Source: Nanobdellota archaeon (GTDB lineage Archaea > EX4484-52 > LFW-46). From it: a stretch of 64,000 nucleotides of DNA. The notes below the pieces were generated by a model. That model was not told where the DNA came from. It did no database searches and saw nothing but the letters and a program-made list of their open reading frames with translations. The translations under genes and the position numbers were made by a program. Shown here in pieces: positions 19,802 through 28,462 of the stretch; position 1 is the stretch's first letter, and each line of letters opens with the position of its first letter. The stretch lies in the NCBI GenBank assembly GCA_018897155.1, contig JAHILE010000029.1, positions 117-64,116 on the forward strand, in the 5' to 3' direction.

Positions 19802-22309
19802 ATGACCGTTTCTAATGGTTTGGACAAAAATGCAGAGCCTCCATCGCCTCAAAAATATCGGCTCGGCATATTGCTGTGCGTAAAAAACGGCATTTTTGAA
19901 CCAGGGGTTATAGCAAACGTTTTACAGCTGGGGCCGCATTATACGGCAAATCTGATGCTTAGATATCAGGGATTACTTTCTAAAGACGGGGGATTAAAAA
20001 CAGACGGCATAAGTGTGCTTGAAACTCTAGAAAAAGAGTATGCTGAGCAAACTCATTTTTACAGAAAAAGAATGGCGGGGTTGTCTGAAAATGGCGAAAT
20101 AAGCAAGAATGTGCTTGCGACAAAAGAACCATATAATTCAACAGGGCGCGATACGTTTACACCATCAAATCCTAAAGCTAATGATCCGAATATGGCTGCA
20201 ACTATTGACAAACAGGCAATTCAAGAAGAATTATTCGGAAGCCAATACATGAAAGATGAAAAAGAAAAAACGATGAGATGTTTTGATCGTAAGGATTACC
20301 ATAAAGCCCGTTTATTATATCAGGTGAACCAAGGAAATAATAACAATGCCGAGATAGCAAAAATTTTGGGAATTTCTACACCTTATGTTTATCTTCTTTT
20401 GGCAGAACTTGAAAGAGATTCATTGTTTGTTGGCACTCGAAAATCGAAAAAGCTTAATGAAAAAGGCGCTGCAACACTTTCGCGCCTGACAGAAAAATAT
20501 GGCGCCTTAGACGATTCTCAAAAAGACGCACCACATACGGAATATAAACAAATAAAAGAATTGATAAAAAAACCATCAGAACCCGATACACGTCTTTCTC
20601 AAAACCTCGTGCAGAATCAAGTAAAAGAAGAAATTAAGCCGGCGAAAGTTGATACTAAAATCAGCGATATTATCGGCGTTAATGATGGGCTGCCTGCAAA
20701 TGAACTTTCCGATGAGCCCGAATATGTTAGAAATGATCTGCTTGTTCTTAAGCTTTTGATGGGGGTCGAAAGCGGGCTTAAAGCAGATGAATTATTGGAT
20801 TTATTATCCGATGATGGCGGTTTGTATACTCTTGAGTCGCGGCTTAGGAAAGAGAAGCTATTTTCAAAAAAACTTGATGTTTATAGGCTAGAGGGTTCCG
20901 GCCGCAAAAAGTTGGATTCTTTGAAACAGGAATGCAGCACAGTAGTTCCTGAATATGCGGATATTATCGATTATCTGCGCGTAAACAAAATGATGCCGCC
21001 ACAAAAAAAGAATGCATATATCACTGCTCCGGCCGGAAACGCCCCAATAGCAAAAGACGAAAAATTACAGGAGATTTCTAAATCAGAGCATGAAAAGCCG
21101 AAGTATGAAAAGGAAGAAACGCCTTATGTTTCAAAGGAAACTGTTGTTGAAGCTTCAATCGAAAAAAATCCTATTGAAGTAATACTTGCTGAAAGCACGC
21201 CGCCGGAAAAAGCCCCACAAAAAGAACAAAGACCTCATTTACTTTATCCGGATAAAGAACTATTCGATAAATTACATACTGAAGAAACTGCGCAATTAAA
21301 CGTTGATAGCGTTCCTTCAGATAAAAAGATTGCAGAAATAATTGAATCTCATAAATTTATTGATGTTGAAGAATCTTCGGCTGAAATAACATATAGTTTA
21401 AACCAGGGTTATGTAAGGATTACTGACGGTATGGCTGGCTTTAATCTGCTGAAAATCAATAATTCATATAATTCAAACCCAAATCCCTCTGATTACGGAA
21501 TGAGGGTCAAACTTAGCCCGGAACTCGTGCTTCTTGAACTTGTGAAGCGCACTAAATCGACAAAAAAAGATTTGATGCATTATGCCGACACATACAATAA
21601 AAGAGATTGGGTAAATAGTACCCGTGTTTTGAAGAATGGGGTATTAATAAAAGAATCCGAAGGTATGTTAACGCTTACCGAAAATGCTATGAAATTGCTT
21701 GATGATGCAGAATACTGGCTATCGATATACTTACGCGGAGAAGACGAGCATTGCACACGCCGTTTTGATGAAGACGAGTCGTGTCTTCCAGCATTTATTA
21801 GAGGTGTGGGGAAGGTGTCATTGCATTCGCCATCTTCGACAGTTCTTAACAAGATTAAAGAGTATTGTGCAATTCCAAAAATAGGAGAGAAAGAAGAGCA
21901 GCCTGAACGAACGGCTTTTGTTAAGCCTGAGCCAGTTGTTGTTTACGAGGAGCTGCCAAAAATAAAACCTGTAGTTGCCGAATCAACAATTTCAACAATT
22001 AAAAAGAACGGAGATTCTTTAAAAGATACCGGAATATATGTAAAAGGTCATAGGTATGTCGTTTTTCTTGGCGGCAGAGGGCAAAGAACAATTGTTGCGC
22101 GTAATCGTTTTCAAGATATCGGAAAAAAGTATCTAAACGCACTTAAGACAGAGGGATTAATTGACAATAATCTTGATGAAACATATTTGGATTTAAAAGA
22201 TTTGGGCTGGATTACAGATAATAACGTAGACAAAGTAAAAACGGATAAGGGACAGGCAGCAGAAAGAATATTGGAACAGCTTATGAGTTCATCCAATGTT
22301 GTGGCATAA
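19802..22309 (+). CDS. Large hypothetical protein with several putative winged-helix modules
   Basis: 835-aa ORF; EIAKILGIS..YV..LL..LE HTH and recurring L(T/N/K)xxG wing-like motifs. Confidence 0.75.
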   Translation: MTVSNGLDKNAEPPSPQKYRLGILLCVKNGIFEPGVIANVLQLGPHYTANLMLRYQGLLSKDGGLKTDGISVLETLEKEYAEQTHFYRKRMAGLSENGEISKNVLATKEPYNSTGRDTFTPSNPKANDPNMAATIDKQAIQEELFGSQYMKDEKEKTMRCFDRKDYHKARLLYQVNQGNNNNAEIAKILGISTPYVYLLLAELERDSLFVGTRKSKKLNEKGAATLSRLTEKYGALDDSQKDAPHTEYKQIKELIKKPSEPDTRLSQNLVQNQVKEEIKPAKVDTKISDIIGVNDGLPANELSDEPEYVRNDLLVLKLLMGVESGLKADELLDLLSDDGGLYTLESRLRKEKLFSKKLDVYRLEGSGRKKLDSLKQECSTVVPEYADIIDYLRVNKMMPPQKKNAYITAPAGNAPIAKDEKLQEISKSEHEKPKYEKEETPYVSKETVVEASIEKNPIEVILAESTPPEKAPQKEQRPHLLYPDKELFDKLHTEETAQLNVDSVPSDKKIAEIIESHKFIDVEESSAEITYSLNQGYVRITDGMAGFNLLKINNSYNSNPNPSDYGMRVKLSPELVLLELVKRTKSTKKDLMHYADTYNKRDWVNSTRVLKNGVLIKESEGMLTLTENAMKLLDDAEYWLSIYLRGEDEHCTRRFDEDESCLPAFIRGVGKVSLHSPSSTVLNKIKEYCAIPKIGEKEEQPERTAFVKPEPVVVYEELPKIKPVVAESTISTIKKNGDSLKDTGIYVKGHRYVVFLGGRGQRTIVARNRFQDIGKKYLNALKTEGLIDNNLDETYLDLKDLGWITDNNVDKVKTDKGQAAERILEQLMSSSNVVA

Positions 22310-22328
22310 TCTGTATTGTGGATATTCT

Positions 22329-22598
22329 TTATTTTACAGCCTTTTCAAACTCATCCATGAAGTCTTTTGTCTCGGATTCACAGCGCTTTATTGCAGAAAC
22401 AAGGGCATTTCTTGGGTCCTTTGCCTTGACAATGATTTTCGGGCTTCCAAGCGAAGGGTGCTTCTTTTCATAGGCTGCAAGCGTTACGCTGTTGTCTTCC
22501 CATAGCGATTCTCTGATAAGATTAGGGATTGTATGCCTTTCGCCCTCGATTTCCACCACAAGGGAGTCTTTTTTCTCTTCAAGAACATTGATTTTCAT
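22329..22598 (-). CDS. rpoL: RNA polymerase subunit Rpo11 (L)
   Basis: GERHTIPNLIR, AAYEKKHP. Confidence 0.93.
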   Translation of the reverse strand: MKINVLEEKKDSLVVEIEGERHTIPNLIRESLWEDNSVTLAAYEKKHPSLGSPKIIVKAKDPRNALVSAIKRCESETKDFMDEFEKAVK

Positions 22599-22626
22599 TT
22601 TTAATCACTTTCTTCACCGAAAAATG

Positions 22627-22763
22627 AAATCCTTTCACAAGCTTCGCTTGTTTTGGGATTTAATGTTCCCAAAAGCTTGAAAAGCCATAGGCTTTTCAGG
22701 ACTCTAGGCTTTTCGGCATTCCCGAAAAAGCTTCAAGTTCGCAGCAGCGAACGAGATGATTTT
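22627..22763 (+). repeat. Complete copy of the modular palindromic element
   Basis: AAATCCTTTC-[3 hairpins]-CTCTAGGCTTTT-[hairpin]-AAAAGCTTCAA-[GTTCGC/GCGAAC]-GAGATGATTTT. Confidence 0.8.
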
Positions 22764-22926
22764 CATAATTATCAGTTTTCTATCATTGTGAGTATAGATT
22801 TAAATAGATTAAAAACCGCACAATTCTGTATTTTCGGCATGCGTCGAAAAATACATGCCCTAATCACAAAGATTCATAAATGCATTGCAGCACTTTTTAT
22901 ATATCTTCGCGCAACTAAGTTAACAT

Positions 22927-23751
22927 ATGGTCTTTATCACAAAGCATGATGGAAGGCGCGAGGAATTCAATCCCGATAAGGTGCGCCAGAGCTGCATCCG
23001 TTCGGGCGCGTCGGAGGCGCTTACTAAAGAAGTCCTCGAATATATCACAAAACGAATCTACAACGGCATGTCGACAAAAATCCTTATGAAGCTGGTCTAT
23101 GACCGGCTGAACCGCGAGGAAGTGCATATCGCGCGCAGATACCGCTTAAAAGAAGCCATAGCAGATCTTGGTCCGGAAGGATATGAGTTTGAGTGGTATA
23201 TCACACATTTGCTTAAGTGTTCCGGATACAAGACAATTCACAGCCCGGAGCCGAAGATTCAGGGCAAGCTTGTCGATCATGAGATTGATGTTTTTGCAGA
23301 AAAGGAAGGCGAACGGGCGATAATTGAATGTAAGCACCACTTCCAGTCGCACACCTATACAGGCCTTGAAGTGCCGTTGATTCAGTGGGCGCGCTTTGAT
23401 GATATAAATAATAACGGCCTGAAAATGACATCTGCATGGATTATAACAAACACGAAATTTTCGGAGTATGCTATAAGATATTCAAAAGGAAAGGGCATAA
23501 AGCTCATCGGATGGAATTATCCTTTTGGGAGTGGCCTTGAGCGGCTTATTGAAGATTATCGGGCATATCCTTTGACACTGCTAAAGCTTCCGAGATTTTT
23601 GCGCATCAATCTTACAGAAAGAGGCATAACAAATATACCTGACTTTTTGAAGGCCGACACAAGGGCGCTCGGGGATGCAGGGCTAACAAACGAAAAAATC
23701 GCAGAATTAAAAGAGCTTTCAAACAAACTGGTAAATCATGGAAATCAATGA
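22927..23751 (+). CDS. ATP-cone plus Mrr-like PD-(D/E)xK endonuclease
   Basis: ITKHDGRREEFNPDK ATP cone; GYEFE..., HEIDV.AEK, IECKHH. Confidence 0.85.
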   Translation: MVFITKHDGRREEFNPDKVRQSCIRSGASEALTKEVLEYITKRIYNGMSTKILMKLVYDRLNREEVHIARRYRLKEAIADLGPEGYEFEWYITHLLKCSGYKTIHSPEPKIQGKLVDHEIDVFAEKEGERAIIECKHHFQSHTYTGLEVPLIQWARFDDINNNGLKMTSAWIITNTKFSEYAIRYSKGKGIKLIGWNYPFGSGLERLIEDYRAYPLTLLKLPRFLRINLTERGITNIPDFLKADTRALGDAGLTNEKIAELKELSNKLVNHGNQ

Positions 23752-23770
23752 ATCGAACGATTAAAAACAG

Positions 23771-24463
23771 ATGGGGATTGAAATGAACAATACTTCACAG
23801 AAGAACCGCAATAAAAATAAAATTTTTGTAATTTTTGTAGCGCTCATCTTTTTGGGCTCAATGGCTGGAGCAATGCTGTATTCAACAGGAGATACAAAAA
23901 AGGCCGCTGATCTTCCTGCTTCAAAGATAGTTTCGGGATTGTCTGATGATCAAAAGCAGAGGATATTATTCGGTTCGCAAGAGAATCCTGCAGACCGTTA
24001 TGTGTTAATTACGCTTAATGTTCCAAAGATATGCGATCCAGAATGCAATGGCATAAAACAACTGATGGGACAGGTGCTTTCCGCATATGATCCTGCGATT
24101 TATCTTTCAGAAGTTCAATCAGAATCTGCTTCTAATTTAGGTGTTAGCGTACGGATGGAATCGTATCTGGATAAAAAAGAGCTTTCGGAATTTAATCTGA
24201 CTGGTGTGGAAGACTTTATTTGCAGCAATACAATATATCGGATAGATGAGTGTGTGTTAAGAAAAATGGATTTTGGTGCTTCTAATGAAAACAAAACAGA
24301 AATCAAGGAAATCAAAGGAACTGCAGGAGGAGAAAATTCAAGCGCAATCAATATCACAGCCTCAAATGCATCAAACAGTACCGGACAAGGAAATGTTTCG
24401 GACAGCGCAGTTTCAAACATCACCGAGCAGCGAAATATATCAAACAGCACAGGAACTCAATAA
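23771..24463 (+). CDS. Membrane-anchored hypothetical protein
   Basis: N-terminal TM; S/N/T-rich tail with many N-x-S/T sequons. Confidence 0.7.
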   Translation: MGIEMNNTSQKNRNKNKIFVIFVALIFLGSMAGAMLYSTGDTKKAADLPASKIVSGLSDDQKQRILFGSQENPADRYVLITLNVPKICDPECNGIKQLMGQVLSAYDPAIYLSEVQSESASNLGVSVRMESYLDKKELSEFNLTGVEDFICSNTIYRIDECVLRKMDFGASNENKTEIKEIKGTAGGENSSAINITASNASNSTGQGNVSDSAVSNITEQRNISNSTGTQ

Positions 24464-25049
24464 GCCTGTTGAATCAAGCGAACGCGCGAAATCAGTAAAA
24501 CCCGAAGCATTACCGCTAGTTATGAGCTCATATGGCCTTATTAGTACAGGCGATTTCAAAAAGGCTTTACTTGTTCTCGAACAGGCGCTTGAAATTGCAC
24601 CGAATGACTTGAGGGCGCTTTTGCTTAAAGTCCAAATTCTTCTGTTATTAAGAAAACTGCGCGATGCAGACAAAACCACGAGCCTCATAATGGAATTATA
24701 TCCTGGCGATCACCACGTATATCTTGCAAAGGCAATATCAACGCTTTTTTATACGACTAATATGGCTGAATCCCTAAAATACATCAACAAAGGGCTTGAG
24801 ATAAGATCAGATTGCATTGAGCTCGTTTTGGCAAAGGCACAAATACTTTACCTGATGAAGGACCCCACATACAATGCATGGGTGCTGCAGGCTTCAGAGA
24901 TAGACGCATCAAGGACAGATACATTTCTTAAAAAATACTGGATTGAGCACTTTCCGGAACCGCCATCGCATACCGGAGCAGAGATTCATGGCCTCTTGCA
25001 GACGTTGATGTTTCTTGCAAGCCAGCAGAGTTTTGGCGGATGGAAATGA
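24273..25049 (+). CDS. TPR-like protein (start uncertain)
   Basis: GDFKKAL.VLEQALEIAPND TPR pattern; the 5' part overlaps the upstream ORF. Confidence 0.65.
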   Translation: MVLLMKTKQKSRKSKELQEEKIQAQSISQPQMHQTVPDKEMFRTAQFQTSPSSEIYQTAQELNKPVESSERAKSVKPEALPLVMSSYGLISTGDFKKALLVLEQALEIAPNDLRALLLKVQILLLLRKLRDADKTTSLIMELYPGDHHVYLAKAISTLFYTTNMAESLKYINKGLEIRSDCIELVLAKAQILYLMKDPTYNAWVLQASEIDASRTDTFLKKYWIEHFPEPPSHTGAEIHGLLQTLMFLASQQSFGGWK

Positions 25050-25088
25050 TGCATGTGAGTTATATATTTTTATTCACAATTAATTAAT

Positions 25089-26090
25089 ATGACACTTATT
25101 AACGATCGCTTTCTTAAAATTGAGAATCCGCCATTTCAGGATATTAAAATCAAATACTCCGAGGTTATAGGTACTGCAAAAGGACCGTCGCTTTTTGTGA
25201 TTTCAGGAATTCACGGCAACGAACTGACAGGAGTTGAGCTTATACGCCGCCTGCGCCAGTACCTTGAGAAAAAATCAATATACGGAAAGATAGTGCTTCT
25301 TCCTGTTGCAAATCCCCTTGCTTTTTACTCGCGCCAGAGAAAGACGCTTTATGACGGAAAGGACCTGAATCGATGTTTTCCAGGAGACAGAAGCGGCTCG
25401 ATTACCGAGAAAATAGCATTTGCGATAACTGAGGAAATCATAAAAACCTGCGACTACGGGATTGACATACACACAGGTCCCGAGGGACGAATCCTCATGT
25501 CGCATTCAAAGATTATGTTTGATGAGGAAAAGGAAATACTTGAGCTTGCGCGCGCTTTTGGAACCCTTGTTGCAATACCTAGGAAAGGAACTCCGACAAT
25601 GCTTTCAGTTTATGCAACATCGCAGAAAATACCCTCCCTTGGCGTTGAGCTCGGCGAGGCGAACAAGCTTGACGAGGCATATATTAAAACCGGATTTTTC
25701 GGAGTGATAAATGTCGCAAGATATCTTGGCATATTGAAAGGCACAGTAAATGTCTTGAATAAGCAGTTCATAATCACAAATCGGCTGAATATAAAGCCGC
25801 GAATTTCTGGAATATTCTTTCCTAAAGTGGCACTTGGATCAGTTGTGGGAAAGGGAACGCTTCTTGCAGAAATACACAACCTTGAGACTGACGAAAAAGA
25901 GGAAATACGGGCAGAAAAGCGCGGTATTATTATGTCGGTTCAGACTTATAGTGTCGCGCTTGCAGGAACAACTGTTGTGAGCATTCTTGCGCTTGACAGC
26001 GTTGCGACAAATGATGTCGCATTAAAGAAGAAAGTGACGTATTATCACTCAAATGACCCGGAGATTCTTTGGAAGGAGATGGTGTTTTGA
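25089..26090 (+). CDS. Succinylglutamate desuccinylase/aspartoacylase family protein
   Basis: GIHGNE, DLNRCFPG, IDIHT. Confidence 0.9.
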   Translation: MTLINDRFLKIENPPFQDIKIKYSEVIGTAKGPSLFVISGIHGNELTGVELIRRLRQYLEKKSIYGKIVLLPVANPLAFYSRQRKTLYDGKDLNRCFPGDRSGSITEKIAFAITEEIIKTCDYGIDIHTGPEGRILMSHSKIMFDEEKEILELARAFGTLVAIPRKGTPTMLSVYATSQKIPSLGVELGEANKLDEAYIKTGFFGVINVARYLGILKGTVNVLNKQFIITNRLNIKPRISGIFFPKVALGSVVGKGTLLAEIHNLETDEKEEIRAEKRGIIMSVQTYSVALAGTTVVSILALDSVATNDVALKKKVTYYHSNDPEILWKEMVF

Positions 26091-26121
26091 AAATAAGCTC
26101 GGATTTGAAAGATTGTAATTT

Positions 26122-26742
26122 TCAAGGAATCGGAACCCAAACAGGTTGTATTGAAGGATTTTCTTCAAGATGCGTTTCTTGTGCAAATTTGTAAATATCT
26201 TTTATTGGAAAGTTGGTATATTCTTCAATTAATAAATCCATTTCCTCAAGACCTATTTTTCCTAAGTATTTTTCTTTTAATTCTTTTTCTGCGCGAGCAT
26301 ATTCTTCAGGCAGATTCTTTCTTCCATTAATTTTGTTTGATAAGAATTTTCTAGTTTGCCATAATGCATTAGCAGGTATATAAAAAAGGTCAATAACGGG
26401 TATTGAAGGCCCTACCGGCATTATTCTATAATGCTCTTCGCGGGCGTAAATCACTCTTTTAATTCCAAGTTTATCGTTCGTCCTATCCATTGCAATAGGA
26501 CTATAACAACCCATTATTGAAAGTTCTTCAATCGTTTCTTCAAGTTCTTTTGATTTTGGACCCCAAATACACGGTTGATTAAACGGTATGTACACATTTT
26601 CTTTTTTAGGTATTTCTTTATCAATTAAAAATGCTATTTGTTGGTAATCCGGAGGATAAAACTCGATAGGTTTTTTTGATTTTCCAACAAGATGCAATAC
26701 GAAGTCTCTTAAATATTTCTCATTATCGGTTGTACGTCTCAT
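26122..26742 (-). CDS. Hypothetical protein with a Panacea/YwgA-like motif
   Basis: PFNQPCIWGPKSKELEETIEEL..G resembles the F.P..YGPYS.EL...L..L...G motif; GAGG RBS before ATG 26742. Confidence 0.55.
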   Translation of the reverse strand: MRRTTDNEKYLRDFVLHLVGKSKKPIEFYPPDYQQIAFLIDKEIPKKENVYIPFNQPCIWGPKSKELEETIEELSIMGCYSPIAMDRTNDKLGIKRVIYAREEHYRIMPVGPSIPVIDLFYIPANALWQTRKFLSNKINGRKNLPEEYARAEKELKEKYLGKIGLEEMDLLIEEYTNFPIKDIYKFAQETHLEENPSIQPVWVPIP

Positions 26743-26805
26743 AATAATCCTCAAAAATAAATTGTTTTTTGGAATTATTAAATATCCAACGCACTTACTT
26801 GCGCC

Positions 26806-26904
26806 AAAAATCCTTTCGCTTCGCTCTAGGCTTTTTAGCACAAATTTATTCCGGCGCGGCAATTTGTGATAAAAATCCTTTCGCTTCGCTCTAGGCTTTT
26901 TAGC
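26806..26904 (+). repeat. Two identical 34-nt copies of the left arm of the palindromic element
   Basis: AAAAATCCTTTCGCTTCGCTCTAGGCTTTTTAGC at 26806..26839 and 26871..26904, separated by a 31-nt hairpin. Confidence 0.9.
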
Positions 26905-27852
26905 TCAATTGTCCAAAGCTGAGACTTGAGCTAAAAATGCTTCAATCTGCAAATCTTCAGTCCCGCCCTCAACAATTCGGAATTCATATTCTCCAAGCTT
27001 GTCAATCAGGGCTGCTTTTGATTTATCCGGAATGTCGATATGCAGAATTTCGCGATGAAACGCCTTTATTACATCGAGCCCTGAAAGCCCGCGCATAATC
27101 ATTAAATCCGCCAGTTTCTTTCGCGCGTCCAAAAACTTCTTGTCAAGAGCCATTTTAAGAATTTCTTTTACTTCTTCGGGGCGCAAGGATGCTGCAACGG
27201 AATAAACGTCGTCTGCATCCACAGTTTTCTTGATTATAGACACTGACTGGAGAAGGTTTATTGCGCGCCTCATGTCGCCTTCAGCGACTCTCAGAAGCGA
27301 GTCCATTCCCGCCTTTGTGATTTCGAGCCCTTCAGTTTTCTCAATGCGGCGTATCTCGTTTTCAACATCTGCATCAGTCAATGGCTTGAAGCGGAAAATC
27401 GCGCATCTGGACTGTATCGGAGGAATCAGCTTTGATGAGTAATTGCACGAAAGAATAAATCTGGTGGTGTTTGTGTATTTTTCCATTGTCCTGCGCATTG
27501 CCTGCTGTGCTTCCTGGGTAAGCGCATCAGATTCGTCAAGAAATATTATTTTGAAATCCGAATTGAACGGCTTTATTCTTGCAAAATCCTTTATTTTGCT
27601 TCTGACAACATTTATTCCTCTTTCGTCAGATGCATTCGTTTCCATGAAATTGCGCTTCCAATCCTCGCCGTAAATCTCCTTTGCAAGCGCTATTGCTGCA
27701 GTTGTTTTTCCGACTCCTGCAGGTCCTGTGAATAGCATGTTCGGAAGCGACTTTTCTTTTACAAAGGCCTTCAGCCTCCCGATTATTTCCGAGTGCCCTA
27801 CTATGTCGTTAAGGCGTTCCGGCCTGTATTTTTCTGTCCAGATTTCAAACAT
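26905..27852 (-). CDS. rfcS: Replication factor C small subunit
   Basis: WTEKYRP, GPAGVGKT, NASDERG, LDESD, IQSRC. Confidence 0.97.
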   Translation of the reverse strand: MFEIWTEKYRPERLNDIVGHSEIIGRLKAFVKEKSLPNMLFTGPAGVGKTTAAIALAKEIYGEDWKRNFMETNASDERGINVVRSKIKDFARIKPFNSDFKIIFLDESDALTQEAQQAMRRTMEKYTNTTRFILSCNYSSKLIPPIQSRCAIFRFKPLTDADVENEIRRIEKTEGLEITKAGMDSLLRVAEGDMRRAINLLQSVSIIKKTVDADDVYSVAASLRPEEVKEILKMALDKKFLDARKKLADLMIMRGLSGLDVIKAFHREILHIDIPDKSKAALIDKLGEYEFRIVEGGTEDLQIEAFLAQVSALDN

Positions 27853-27872
27853 GATCTTTTTCACCTACGCAC

Positions 27873-28286
27873 TTAATTCGCCAGCCGTATGTCAATGATT
27901 GTGCTTGTTCCGTTTCCTGTATCCACTTTGCACCTGCACATAGGGTCTGATTTTTGATCAACATAGTCTCCGCGGTTTGAATCGGCATCCAGAGGAACGC
28001 ATACAGTGGGATATTTAAGGTCTGGTGATTTTGATAGCTCGCTGCATCCCCGTTCAAGCATTTTTTTGCTTAATACGTTATTATATCCGTATGAAAGCGC
28101 AAGAATCACCATCACTCCGAAAACAATTGCCATTAGCCATACTTTGCGGCTGCTTTTGGATGTGTCTGGCTCTACCTTTTCGGAGCAATACTCTTTCTTA
28201 GAATCTTTGGAAACGGCAGTTTCTTCAGGCTTTGTGTTTTTTACAGTGTTTTCAAGTTTATTTTTTTCATCTTTTGTTTTTGCCAT
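27873..28286 (-). CDS. Single-pass membrane hypothetical protein
   Basis: Central TM helix and a Cys-containing C-terminal domain. Confidence 0.65.
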   Translation of the reverse strand: MAKTKDEKNKLENTVKNTKPEETAVSKDSKKEYCSEKVEPDTSKSSRKVWLMAIVFGVMVILALSYGYNNVLSKKMLERGCSELSKSPDLKYPTVCVPLDADSNRGDYVDQKSDPMCRCKVDTGNGTSTIIDIRLAN

Positions 28287-28462
28287 AATTATCACACAAG
28301 ATGATACTTTTGCAGAAATAAAAAGATATTGTGGATTTAAATCCCGGCTATAACTCAGAATGTTTTATCATGCGACTTATCTGACAAACATATTTATGAT
28401 GCAAACACCATATATATACACATAACCTAATAATGGTGTGTCTATTAATTTATGTGGTGTCT

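Noticed and set aside
26806-26904. Mini-CRISPR (two 34-nt repeats with a 31-nt spacer)
   Set aside because: Only two units, the spacer is itself a hairpin, the repeat is the left arm of the dispersed palindromic family, and no cas genes are present
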